A stretch of DNA of 64,000 nt, taken from the IMG/VR virus record IMGVR_UViG_3300033182_000484, positions 681 through 64,680 of that record. One strand, written 5' to 3'. Source of the stretch: a virus (lineage: Duplodnaviria > Caudoviricetes). The translations under genes and the position numbers were made by a program. The first letter of the stretch is position 1; each line of letters begins with the position of its first letter. Of the stretch, positions 45,543-54,071 are shown piece by piece. The notes beneath the pieces were generated by a model. That model had not been told where the DNA came from. It did no database searches and saw only the letters and a program-made list of their open reading frames with translations.

Positions 45543-45675
45543 GCATGAGGGGTTAGCGTTGGTCGGGAAATCAGGAGGGGATGCCGCCGCTACCTGCAGC
45601 CGGTCGCCGGAGGCGAATCCGATCCTTGGAGGGGATCATAACGACCGGGGCCCGACCAACGCTAACCTCACATGC
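45543..45675. ncRNA. Candidate structured RNA downstream of gcrA
   Basis: 17-bp perfect inverted repeat (45551-45567/45651-45667) enclosing inner stems and three GGAGG/CCTCC motifs. Confidence 0.5.
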
Positions 45676-46144
45676 CCATCGTCAGCCTCCCTTTTCTCAT
45701 GGCGCGCTTGATCTTGCGACGTCGCGCGGCGGCCTGCGATGGCGTCAAATATGCCCGAGCGTGGTGCTCGGCGCAATACGTTGATCGCTCCCCGCCATCC
45801 TTGGTCGTGACCTTCTCGCCGCAGTAGTACGCGTTCGCCGGATCCTGGAGCGGGTCGCCCTCGATCCAGCAGCACCGGCTCGGCGGCGGCGGATCGTTCT
45901 TCAGCTCGTAGGGCCGCCTGCCAGGGCGATACGGTTGGGCCACCCTGACGCCGCCCAGGGCCGCGCCAGCGAGCGATGCGGGCCTCTTCCGGCTCGGCAG
46001 CCCCAGGCGCGCCTTCCGGCCCACCACGGCGTTCCTGGACGTCTCCATCACCACGCCGATCTGGGTGATGCTCAGGCCCTGCTCCCACAGGTCCTTCAGC
46101 AGCTGGTCGCGCTCCGGCGTCCAGGGACGGATCGTCTCGGACAT
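45668..46144 (-). CDS. gcrA: GcrA-family cell-cycle transcription regulator
   Basis: WT.ER..LK.LW..GLS..QI..SRNAVVG..RLGL N-terminal HTH; CxWxxGDP..YCG..YC.EH..AY C-terminus. Confidence 0.9.
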   Translation of the reverse strand: MSETIRPWTPERDQLLKDLWEQGLSITQIGVVMETSRNAVVGRKARLGLPSRKRPASLAGAALGGVRVAQPYRPGRRPYELKNDPPPPSRCCWIEGDPLQDPANAYYCGEKVTTKDGGERSTYCAEHHARAYLTPSQAAARRRKIKRAMRKGRLTMGM

Positions 46145-47139
46145 CACCGCCTCCCCAACATCTTGGCCATGATCGCGGCCTTCTGTTTCGTCTCCATGTC
46201 GCGCTTGGCATCCTCGGGCCCGTACGACCCCTCGCCGCGCTGGAACGGCGTGCCGCTCGGCTTGGTGCTGTCGACGCTGAAATACCGCACCGACCCGGTG
46301 CCGGTGGCCACCGCGTCCCTGGCCACGGCGTCGAGCCGGTCGCGGTACATCTTCGTCAGCTGCTTCTGCAGGCCCTCGATCATCCGGCCATGGCTGACGC
46401 CTGGGCCCTCCTTCTGCAGCTCCGCCTGCACCGTGTCGAGGATGTAGTCGACCTTCTGGCCGTGCTGCCGCGCGCCGACCTCGCCGAACACCGGCACCTC
46501 GCCCGTGTAGCCCGGGCCCGTGTGCTCTGGATCCGGCGTGTCGATCTTGATCGTGGATCCGTCGCCCAGGACCAGCTTGCTGTTGTCGGGCTCGACCCTG
46601 GCCGCACCCGTCCGCAGCACGTCAGGTCGCAGCAGCTTGCCGCCGAATCCCGCCCACTGATTCTGCTCGCGCATGGCCGCCTGGAACCGGCCCTTGGCCG
46701 ACACGGACATGCCGGTGATGTCGAACATGGCCGGGCGCTCACGCATGGCCGCACGCTGCATCAGACGCGCGCCAGCCTGCAGAGGCTGGGTGACGCACGG
46801 CGGCTCGTCGCCATCCTCGATCCGCTCCCGGACCATGCCGCAGGTCTCGCAGCGGTCGGTGTAGATCGAATACGCCCGGCACGGCCTGACGATCCGGTCA
46901 CCGACCGGCGCGACGGTCAGCGCCGAGTCCAGCTCATAGGAGCGAACCCTGCCCCTCTCGGTGGTGCGGAATGAGAGCCGGGTCGTCTCGATGACGCTCC
47001 CGATGCTCCCCCTCGGCGGTGGGGCCGAGCTGGGGGATATCGCCTCGAAAATGTTCATTAGCCAGTCGCTCGGCAGCCCGTTCGGGACGCCAGTGACCCC
47101 AGCCATCGCCTGAACCATCCCGGCCCGAGTGATCGCCAT
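46144..47139 (-). CDS. Hypothetical protein (start uncertain; overlaps the MTase ORF)
   Basis: 331-aa ORF with GGAGG RBS; internal CxxC. Confidence 0.55.
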   Translation of the reverse strand: MAITRAGMVQAMAGVTGVPNGLPSDWLMNIFEAISPSSAPPPRGSIGSVIETTRLSFRTTERGRVRSYELDSALTVAPVGDRIVRPCRAYSIYTDRCETCGMVRERIEDGDEPPCVTQPLQAGARLMQRAAMRERPAMFDITGMSVSAKGRFQAAMREQNQWAGFGGKLLRPDVLRTGAARVEPDNSKLVLGDGSTIKIDTPDPEHTGPGYTGEVPVFGEVGARQHGQKVDYILDTVQAELQKEGPGVSHGRMIEGLQKQLTKMYRDRLDAVARDAVATGTGSVRYFSVDSTKPSGTPFQRGEGSYGPEDAKRDMETKQKAAIMAKMLGRR

Positions 47140-47767
47140 CTTCCGCCTCCTTCTCGATGTGCATCAGCCCCAGGCGCGGCGTGAACGGGTTCCAGTCCCA
47201 GATGTACCACGCGTGGTGCGTCGTCGAATTATCCTTGGATCCGGCCTTGCCTGCAAACCATTCGATCCGTCGGCACAGCGTCAGCTTGCACTTCCAGGCC
47301 GGATGCCGGTCGAGCAGGTCCTGGCGACCGCTCGCGCAATCCCACTCGTGCGGCAACAGCATGGCGACCATCGACGACGGCCACGCCATGTCGAGCGCGC
47401 GCCGGACAAACCGCTCGCTGTTTGTGTACGGCGGGTTCGTCACGATCGACCGCGCGTTCACGATGCCGTCGGGCTGCAGGCCATTCAGCTGTCTGTTGAA
47501 GATGTCCCAGAACTCGACGCTCGGGTTGTCCGGCGCGACGTCGGTGGCGCGCACCATCCGCAGCGAACCCCAGGGCTTGCCGTTCTGACGGCTGACCCAC
47601 TCGGCCTGCAGCAGGGCCGCCATCTGCCCGTCGGCTGCGCACGGCTCCCAGATCGGCCAGCGGAGTTTCCAGTTGCGGATCAGCGCCATCGTCACCCAGG
47701 CAGGCGTCAGGTACTTGTCCTTGGCGATCCGGTTGTACTGCGGGGCGTAGCGGGGCATCACCATCAC
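46934..47767 (-). CDS. Phage DNA amino-methyltransferase (N6-adenine type)
   Basis: D.Y.TP.W, IWEPCAADG (motif I), IVTNPPY (motif IV), HAWYIW. Confidence 0.85.
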   Translation of the reverse strand: MMVMPRYAPQYNRIAKDKYLTPAWVTMALIRNWKLRWPIWEPCAADGQMAALLQAEWVSRQNGKPWGSLRMVRATDVAPDNPSVEFWDIFNRQLNGLQPDGIVNARSIVTNPPYTNSERFVRRALDMAWPSSMVAMLLPHEWDCASGRQDLLDRHPAWKCKLTLCRRIEWFAGKAGSKDNSTTHHAWYIWDWNPFTPRLGLMHIEKEAEDGDHSGRDGSGDGWGHWRPERAAERLANEHFRGDIPQLGPTAEGEHRERHRDDPALIPHHREGQGSLL

Positions 47768-47961
47768 AGATCCGCCTCATGCTTGAACTCACCGCACCAG
47801 TCGCTCGCGGGGATGTAATCCCGATACCCAGTTCCTTTCGGGAACCGCTTACAGAACACGTACGGGCCCTCGGCGGCGAAGTCAGGATCCCACATCGGAT
47901 TCGTCTCGACATCCTCGCGGAAGTAGCAGTAGCCGCAGGCCTCACCTCGACGCCCGGCCAT
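47764..47961 (-). CDS. Small Cys-rich protein
   Basis: CxxCxF..CxRFP..DWCGEF. Confidence 0.7.
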   Translation of the reverse strand: MAGRRGEACGYCYFREDVETNPMWDPDFAAEGPYVFCKRFPKGTGYRDYIPASDWCGEFKHEADL

Positions 47962-48269
47962 TAGGCCAGCACCTTGTACGGCTTCCCGCCGTGCGGCGGT
48001 TCCATCGTTCTGCATCCCTTGAACTCCCCTTCCATGATCTCGATCACGCGCCAGTTCCGCCCGTAGACCTCGACCTTGATCTTTCCCGCGCGCCGCAGCT
48101 CGTCGATCACTGACGACACGGCACCGAACCCGTAGCTGCGTCGAAACTGCTCCTGGGTCGGACAGCGCTCGCCATTCCTCGCGCAGTGGCACAGCGCCTT
48201 GAATACCAGCAGCGGGGACGCGCGCGGCACAATCGCCGGGTTCACGTCGATGATGTCGCGGACGCTCAT
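47961..48269 (-). CDS. Winged-helix DNA-binding protein
   Basis: A..G.RCPT..G..I..L..G.I.VE..R pattern. Confidence 0.6.
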   Translation of the reverse strand: MSVRDIIDVNPAIVPRASPLLVFKALCHCARNGERCPTQEQFRRSYGFGAVSSVIDELRRAGKIKVEVYGRNWRVIEIMEGEFKGCRTMEPPHGGKPYKVLA

Positions 48270-48442
48270 TTCAGGTCATCCGCCAGCGCCTCCAGCACCG
48301 CCTCAGCCTGCGGCCTGCGCGCCTCCCACAGGTAGTACGACTGGCCCGCCGGAATGATCGCACCGATCCCGACGCGCACCTCGTCCGGGTCCAGGCCATC
48401 GGCCTCAATCATCGCCCGGCATACTCGTTCAACTCGATCCAT
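48266..48442 (-). CDS. Hypothetical protein
   Basis: GGAGGCGAAG RBS; ERV.RA..DG.DPD motif. Confidence 0.65.
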   Translation of the reverse strand: MDRVERVCRAMIEADGLDPDEVRVGIGAIIPAGQSYYLWEARRPQAEAVLEALADDLK

Positions 48443-48650
48443 CTTCGCCTCCCATTGCCGCGATCGCACGCTCCCAATTCCCGCGAGTGATCTCGACATT
48501 GTGCTGTTCTGGAATGTCACCAGACCGGTTTACCGTCGAGATGATCACGGAACACTCGCCGCTGCCGTCGAGCGTCCAGAACTCCACCGACCACCCAGGC
48601 ACCTCTAGGTCGTCGAACTTGACTTCGATTTCCTCTGATAGATCCGGCAT
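48429..48650 (-). CDS. Hypothetical protein
   Basis: GGAGGCGAAG RBS. Confidence 0.6.
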   Translation of the reverse strand: MPDLSEEIEVKFDDLEVPGWSVEFWTLDGSGECSVIISTVNRSGDIPEQHNVEITRGNWERAIAAMGGEDGSS

Positions 48651-48747
48651 CTTCGCCTCCCTAGGAAACGGGGCGCGGCACCCGTCGGCACCGCGCCCCT
48701 GCGTCCTGCGTCTGATCAACCGCCTGTCACGGCGGCCCAGTCACGCC

Positions 48748-49686
48748 TTACGGACGGACGGCGCTGGCCTCCCGGGCCAACCCCTCGACCAACAGCAGAT
48801 CCGGCAGCTGCGTGCGGACCTTCTCCATCTCCAGATCCATGGCCTCTCGGACGAACTGTCGCTGACGCCACATGGACAGGAAGAACTTCACCTGACCACC
48901 CGCGACCCGGTACTGCAGCCGCATCGGAATCAGGAACCGGTCGCCCGCGTCGAACACCGGGATCGCGATCAGGAACATCTGCGGCACCTTGATGCGCTTG
49001 CCCTTCGACGACGTGTTGTGCGACTCGGCGAACTGGATGCCGCCCTCGCCGCTGTCCAGGTTGAACCGGGTCGCGGTCATCTGCGACACGTCGACCTGGA
49101 TATCGCGGGACAGCTGCAGCATCTCCGACCGCGTGGCCAGCCTGCCGCCGGTGTCCTCCAGGAACTCGACCACCGACGCGGGGAACTCCTGATCCTTCGG
49201 GTTCACGATCTCCGGCAGGTGATCGTCCAGGAACACGCCGAGCTGGTCCTGGGTGACGCCATCCCCGCCCTGGATGTCGGTCCAGTCCTGCATCTCCTCG
49301 GAGCGCGGGAACTCGTACTGCACCCGGTGATCGCCGAACCCAGGCACGGATCCGTCGACGTGGTCGTTGATGATCGCGATCAGCTCCTCGCCGTCGCGGT
49401 TCAGATACAGCACCGTCTCCAGCAGCTGCTGCCGCGTCACGACGTCGATGAACGACTGGATCGTGTTCGTGTCGAACGAGCCGGACACGCGGACGGGCCT
49501 GTCCCGCCACTGGTCAAACTTCGCGGTCAGGTCCTCGACCCGGCGACCCTCCGGCACCGACAGGAACGTCGGGCGCGTCAGATTGGTCGCCACGTCCTCG
49601 TCGGTGATGCCGATCTGCTCGACCTTGTTGACCCGCTCGGACCAATTCAGAGCGGCGTGCACGTCGCCTACTTTTTCGTCACTCAT
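48748..49686 (-). CDS. DUF2303 (YfdQ-like) protein
   Basis: P.R..G..SFI, AI.NDH..G.GDHR..S.E..W, Q..FL.DH, NL.SGE, P..F.IAIPVF..RL.YR. Confidence 0.85.
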   Translation of the reverse strand: MSDEKVGDVHAALNWSERVNKVEQIGITDEDVATNLTRPTFLSVPEGRRVEDLTAKFDQWRDRPVRVSGSFDTNTIQSFIDVVTRQQLLETVLYLNRDGEELIAIINDHVDGSVPGFGDHRVQYEFPRSEEMQDWTDIQGGDGVTQDQLGVFLDDHLPEIVNPKDQEFPASVVEFLEDTGGRLATRSEMLQLSRDIQVDVSQMTATRFNLDSGEGGIQFAESHNTSSKGKRIKVPQMFLIAIPVFDAGDRFLIPMRLQYRVAGGQVKFFLSMWRQRQFVREAMDLEMEKVRTQLPDLLLVEGLAREASAVRP

Positions 49687-49695
49687 GTTCGCCTC

Positions 49696-50109
49696 CTACT
49701 CGTCGGAAATGGTGCGGACGGTGCCGTCATCCCGAACGCCCTGCGCGAACATGCGCTGCTGCTTCGGGTTGGCGGTCGTCATCTGGTTGCGCTTGTTGGC
49801 CCAGAACGTCGTCGTCCGGCGCGGGCCCTGCGGCAGCTTCAGCGTCTTCTTCGGGATCACCCGCAGCTCGCCGCCGTCCAGCTGCACCTCGATCGACAGA
49901 TCGAGTTTCGCCTTGGGCTTGCCGCCATGGTCGATGACGAAGTTCGACAGGGTCTCGACGATCGACGTCAGGTCCTCGGTCAGCTCGTGGTGCAGCTCCC
50001 CGTCCTCAAGATTCTGCACGAACAGCGCGAACGTCCGCAGCGTGCCGGGATCCGGCTCGTTGTGGTCGCTCTCGACTGTCTGGGTTTTCTGGTCTTCAGC
50101 TGGGCTCAT
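49696..50109 (-). CDS. DUF2303-associated (YfdP-like) protein
   Basis: L.DG..EL..L..K..K.P..FW..NPKQ..MF; adjacent to DUF2303. Confidence 0.72.
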   Translation of the reverse strand: MSPAEDQKTQTVESDHNEPDPGTLRTFALFVQNLEDGELHHELTEDLTSIVETLSNFVIDHGGKPKAKLDLSIEVQLDGGELRVIPKKTLKLPQGPRRTTTFWANKRNQMTTANPKQQRMFAQGVRDDGTVRTISDE

Positions 50110-50127
50110 TTTCGCCTCCTCAGCGAT

Positions 50128-50263
50128 TGGAAGCGGGGGCGCGTAGACTGGTCTCGGAGCGCCCCCGCCGGTATGGTCTCTCAATGGAAGCAGCCAGTAT
50201 CGGGCTTCGATCCGGGTGCATTACCACCCGCGCCCCATGGACACCTCCCTCAGTTGGCGTGCT
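50128..50263 (-). ncRNA. Candidate structured leader: two consecutive helices each ending in TCCA
   Basis: 79-nt unit 50263-50185 and 42-nt hairpin 50169-50128, downstream of a TTGACA (50329-50324) promoter and box. Confidence 0.4.
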
Positions 50264-50335
50264 TTCGGGCTAGTCCCTAATCGCACAAGGATGTGGCCAC
50301 ATCGCATCATGGATCGGCCACGGTGTCAAGCGAGG

Positions 50336-51013
50336 TCAGAAGCCAACGTACAGCTCCCAGTCGGTTGCGATCAGGTCTTCCATCGTCGGGCCCCACACGC
50401 CCAGGTCACGGTTCGGGTGCCGCATGTCGATGTGCGCCATGTACGACACCTCCGTGCCCTCGGTGAAGACCCCGTTCAGCGGCGGGCGGTTCACCTTGAA
50501 CGACGACCCGGCGACGAAGTAGATGAACGCCTCGTCGACCCAGGCCTTCCGCCGGACGCAGTCACCGTCCCGCAGGTGCTTCAGCGCCCAGCCGAAATCC
50601 GTCACCTCGATCGACGTCGCCGTGGTCTTGTACGGCTCCAGCCAGCTCGCCCAGTTCCATTGGGTGTCCTGGCCGTCGGACGCGAGCATCGCGTCCAGGC
50701 GCGCGTAGACCCAGTAGTCGGTGGACGGATTCAGCACGCTCTCGCCGGGTCGAACGAAGCCCGGGAACAGCCGCCACCACACCGGCACCATGGGCGGGAC
50801 GCTCGCACAGAACTCGCGCCACCACTCCTGGCAGGCCTGCGCCATCGCGCAGGCCTCATTCAGCGTGCCTGGGGCGCTGGCCTTCACGGTCGCGTACGAC
50901 CGCCCCGTCGCGTCGTTGATGCCCCGCCTCGACGGGTTCGGCATCACCGGGTTCCGGTGCATGATCAGCATGTGCAGGTCTTCGATGGTGGTCGGGTCGC
51001 CGTAGTCGTTCAT
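50336..51013 (-). CDS. Protein with C-terminal DUF2829 / Tad2-like domain
   Basis: FGWAL..L..G..V.R..W..IDM..W.PT..DL.A.DW. Confidence 0.78.
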   Translation of the reverse strand: MNDYGDPTTIEDLHMLIMHRNPVMPNPSRRGINDATGRSYATVKASAPGTLNEACAMAQACQEWWREFCASVPPMVPVWWRLFPGFVRPGESVLNPSTDYWVYARLDAMLASDGQDTQWNWASWLEPYKTTATSIEVTDFGWALKHLRDGDCVRRKAWVDEAFIYFVAGSSFKVNRPPLNGVFTEGTEVSYMAHIDMRHPNRDLGVWGPTMEDLIATDWELYVGF

Positions 51014-51030
51014 CTTCGCCTCCTTCGGTT

Positions 51031-51435
51031 TCATGTCGAGCACACGCCATGGTCCTGCCCCAGCGGCTTGAAGTTCACCATCAGCAGGCCACGCGGGATC
51101 GCGTCCATGCCGCCGTCCGGCACGTCGACGATCTCGGGTCTCTCGTCGCTGAAGAACGCGATCGAACTCTGCGTGCGGCTCCAGGTGCCATCCTTCTTGC
51201 GCGGCACGCCGTACCAGCTGATGCCGCCGTACCGTCCTGGACGCACGTCGGCCCCGACCAGCAGGTGCTGCGCGCCGCGATACATCACGACGTTGCCCAC
51301 CTCCAGGTCGGCCAGCTCGTAGATCAGCGCGCGGTCGATGTCTTCCAGCTCTTCGATCGCGGCTCGGTATCCGTCGACGGTGTCGCGGATCTTGTTCAGG
51401 TAGTCCTGGGTCTCTGCCCGTTCTTCGGGTGTCAT
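51031..51435 (-). CDS. Hypothetical protein
   Basis: GGAGGCGAA RBS; coiled coil plus KKDGTWS motif. Confidence 0.7.
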   Translation of the reverse strand: MTPEERAETQDYLNKIRDTVDGYRAAIEELEDIDRALIYELADLEVGNVVMYRGAQHLLVGADVRPGRYGGISWYGVPRKKDGTWSRTQSSIAFFSDERPEIVDVPDGGMDAIPRGLLMVNFKPLGQDHGVCST

Positions 51436-51447
51436 GTTCGCCTCCTA

Positions 51448-51560
51448 TGGTGGGCCGGGGGTGGACGCAGCTTGCATCCTTGCCCACCCCCGCCCTGACG
51501 ATCACCGGAATGCCACCGGCGGTGAAATACCGAGCCCGCGCGGACCCAGTACGATCGTCG
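51448..51560 (-). ncRNA. Candidate structured intergenic RNA (three-way junction plus hairpin ending in ACCA)
   Basis: GACGATC/GATCGTC closing stem, 10-bp inner stem with G-U pairs valid only on the minus strand, then a long hairpin and ACCA. Confidence 0.45.
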
Positions 51561-51563
51561 TCT

Positions 51564-52472
51564 CTACGGGCCCTTGCGGAACGACCCGACGTTGGCCTCC
51601 CACTTGTTGTGGGTCACGCCGGTGTCCTGCTCCCAGAACCCAAGCTGCATCGTCGGCGCGGTGTTCCCGACGATCGTCGAGTGTGTCGCGCCATTGGTCA
51701 CCACGAAATGATCGCCGTCTCGTGTGGCCACGTCAACCCCCACGTTGTGCGCCACGACGTGATGCGCTCCGCCGAGCATGTGCGCCCCCACCCAGATCGC
51801 GTTCGGATTCGCCGTCGAGTGCCGGTAGATCGTCGCCGCGACCGCGTGCACCTGATGCGCTCCCTCGGCGCGCCAGCCACGCACTCGGCAGGCCATGTGA
51901 CCGCCGATGAACTGGCAGCCGACCTGGGGGTAGGACTGGCTGTCCATGCGCCAACCGTAGTTGCAGGCGATGGCGTCATGCCCGATGAACTTGATGCCCT
52001 CGGTCTTGCCCCGGGTCGTGATGTCCCGGTTGAAGTGCTGGGTCTCGCCGCCGCGCACCGTGCCGCCGACACAGTCCTCGAAGTCATAGCCGCGCCCGTT
52101 GAACCCGGTCTTGTCGCCGACCATGAACACGTTCGAGATCTCGGGCCGGAATCGACCGACCATGTGCAGGGCCTTGTGGTGCCACTCGCTGCCGGACGTC
52201 ACGTACTCGACGTTGCGGATCGTGTCGCCCTTGCCCTCCTGCCAGTTCCAGTCGCCGATCACGCGCAGGCCCTCGTCGCGCTGCCGCGTCGGCGTCACGC
52301 TGAGATCCGCGATCTCGATCCGGGGCATGCGGTTCCCGCGCCAGGGGGTCATGGCGCGCAGGTCGAACTCCCGGGACGGGAGCCAGTCGATGCCAGCGCC
52401 GCGTCCGACGACGCGGACGACGTTGCCCCAGGTCTCGACGTCAACCCGGTGCCCGGGCATGTGGTGGGTCAT
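51564..52472 (-). CDS. Right-handed parallel beta-helix (pectin-lyase-like) protein
   Basis: Repeating I.NV / G..F / I.GN rungs; no virion anchor domain. Confidence 0.55.
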   Translation of the reverse strand: MTHHMPGHRVDVETWGNVVRVVGRGAGIDWLPSREFDLRAMTPWRGNRMPRIEIADLSVTPTRQRDEGLRVIGDWNWQEGKGDTIRNVEYVTSGSEWHHKALHMVGRFRPEISNVFMVGDKTGFNGRGYDFEDCVGGTVRGGETQHFNRDITTRGKTEGIKFIGHDAIACNYGWRMDSQSYPQVGCQFIGGHMACRVRGWRAEGAHQVHAVAATIYRHSTANPNAIWVGAHMLGGAHHVVAHNVGVDVATRDGDHFVVTNGATHSTIVGNTAPTMQLGFWEQDTGVTHNKWEANVGSFRKGP

Positions 52473-52593
52473 GGCGTGCTCCTCATGAGTGCGTGAACGA
52501 TTGCTTCCGCGATGCTGGTGCCGTCGTCGCCGACCTCGGCGTTCAGCGCAATCACCAAGATGATCGCCAGCCAGAACCCGTCCCATCCGCTGC

Positions 52594-52893
52594 TCATGTC
52601 CGCGCCTCCTCCAGCTCGCCGTCGGGGTCGTCCGCCGGGAACTCCACCGCCATCGGCCTGTTCAGCGACCGGTTGATGATGTCGTGCTCGCGCAAGTCGC
52701 GCGCCACTCGCTCCCACCTCGACGAGTACAGAAGGACCATGGGCACGGCGACCGTCCCGGGCTCCACGTCGGGCCCGTGGCCCACCTGCTCGTCCGGGTT
52801 CAGGCCCTTCAGCTTGCAGTACACCCGAGCGTTGGCCTCGTACGCTTCGATGGCGGGAAGGCGCGGATTGTACGGGTCGCGTGCCACCGCCAT
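52594..52893 (-). CDS. Hypothetical protein
   Basis: E..AR..C...G.NPD motif, similar to 48266-48442. Confidence 0.6.
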   Translation of the reverse strand: MAVARDPYNPRLPAIEAYEANARVYCKLKGLNPDEQVGHGPDVEPGTVAVPMVLLYSSRWERVARDLREHDIINRSLNRPMAVEFPADDPDGELEEART

Positions 52894-53213
52894 CACCACA
52901 TCTCCTTGCCGACCGGGCCCGGGCGCATCTCCTGCTGGTCTTCCTCAGCGCAGACGTACGTCGCCTGGAACACGCTGTCGGAGCACGGGTACAGCTCGCC
53001 CTCGACGCCCCGGATGATCCAGTCGCCCTCGCGCGCGCCGTCGATGGATCCGCGATCATGGCGCAGGATGACGTGCGACTTCGGGTGCGTCTCGACGTTG
53101 GCGTACCCCTGGTCGATCGCGTCGATGAACCACTGCGGCCACCGGTGCTGCTCCAGCGGCCACTGGAATGCGTCGATCGTCACGGGCTTCTTGGTGTAGC
53201 GTCCTAGGGTCAT
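52893..53213 (-). CDS. Conserved phage protein (KKPV..A.QW / GDWII.GV.GE.YPC family)
   Basis: YTKKPVTIDAFQW..GDWIIRGVEGELYPC..F..TY. Confidence 0.8.
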   Translation of the reverse strand: MTLGRYTKKPVTIDAFQWPLEQHRWPQWFIDAIDQGYANVETHPKSHVILRHDRGSIDGAREGDWIIRGVEGELYPCSDSVFQATYVCAEEDQQEMRPGPVGKEMW

Positions 53214-53647
53214 GGGATGTGCCTCCATCGTTTCCGGTTTTTGATTTCTGAAATGGCTGTCTGGCTTACGCCATAATCACGCGCTATCGCACGCTGGGAT
53301 CGCGGGTCGGACCGGATGGATCGGACCTGATCCTCCGCCAGCTTCGACGTCCCCACCCCCTCGCCAAGAACCTTCACGAAAGGCTGCCGCCCTTTCGACA
53401 CCATGTCCGCCATATTGTCCGCTTGCGTCCCGAGGAACAGGTGATCGGGATTCACGCAGCCGGGATTGTCGCAGGTGTGGAGAACGAGCATTCCGTCAGG
53501 GATTGGGCCGTGGGTGAGTTCCCAGGCAACGCGGTGGGACCGAAGGCGGCGCACGCCCACGCTAAATCTCCCGTACCCTTTGTGCTTGAAACCTGTCCAC
53601 TCCCAGCAATCGCCAGACTTGTCGACTTTGTTCCAGAAGCGGTCCAT
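53210..53647 (-). CDS. HNH homing-type endonuclease with C-terminal HTH (paralogue of 98-538)
   Basis: RFW.KVDKS..CW.W..GYG.F..HR..HGPIPDGM..CDNPGCVNPDHLFLGT.ADNMAD.V.KGRQ. Confidence 0.92.
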   Translation of the reverse strand: MDRFWNKVDKSGDCWEWTGFKHKGYGRFSVGVRRLRSHRVAWELTHGPIPDGMLVLHTCDNPGCVNPDHLFLGTQADNMADMVSKGRQPFVKVLGEGVGTSKLAEDQVRSIRSDPRSQRAIARDYGVSQTAISEIKNRKRWRHIP

Positions 53648-53873
53648 CAGCGTTCCTTCGGTGGAGGCAGATCGTCCTGTTGATCCCCCACCTCTATCAC
53701 CTCTTCAAAAGTATTCCAAGGCCCCACAATCACCGGGGCCGTCGCCGCCGGTGCGTCTCGTCGTCGGTTCCGAGGCCCAGGCGCGCTCGCGCCCCGGCGC
53801 TTCGGGCAGGTCGGGCGGTGGCAGTGCCGCGTCCCGTTGTACCTGGGGTTGCGGCAGCTGGGGCAGTCGCCGG

Positions 53874-54071
53874 TCATCGGCTGCTCCGCCGGATGTGTTT
53901 GTGATACCACTCGTTCAACTTCGCCGCGACGTCATCGCAGGGCGCGGAGATCCTGACGTGGTAGTGGTTGTGAGCCGTGACACTCACGATGCACTCGTCG
54001 CCACTATCGATCAGGTGCGTCACCTGCAGCGGGTTCAGCCACGCACCGAACACTAGGATCAGGATCTTCAT
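53874..54071 (-). CDS. Small hypothetical protein
   Basis: GGAGG RBS, ATGA overlap. Confidence 0.55.
   Translation of the reverse strand: MKILILVFGAWLNPLQVTHLIDSGDECIVSVTAHNHYHVRISAPCDDVAAKLNEWYHKHIRRSSR

Noticed and set aside
45543-45675. Retron msr-msd (long terminal inverted repeat)
   Set aside because: No reverse transcriptase in the window; retained as an sRNA candidate instead
50108-50125. Hammerhead-like CTGAGGA..GAAA on the minus strand
   Set aside because: Only 3 nt between the core strands; fully explained by the GGAGGCGAA RBS
50185-50263. Canonical tRNA gene
   Set aside because: No anticodon arm or correct cloverleaf spacing
51723-51732. TGTGGCCACG near-match to the operator box
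   Set aside because: Lies inside a coding sequence with no promoter context; likely chance
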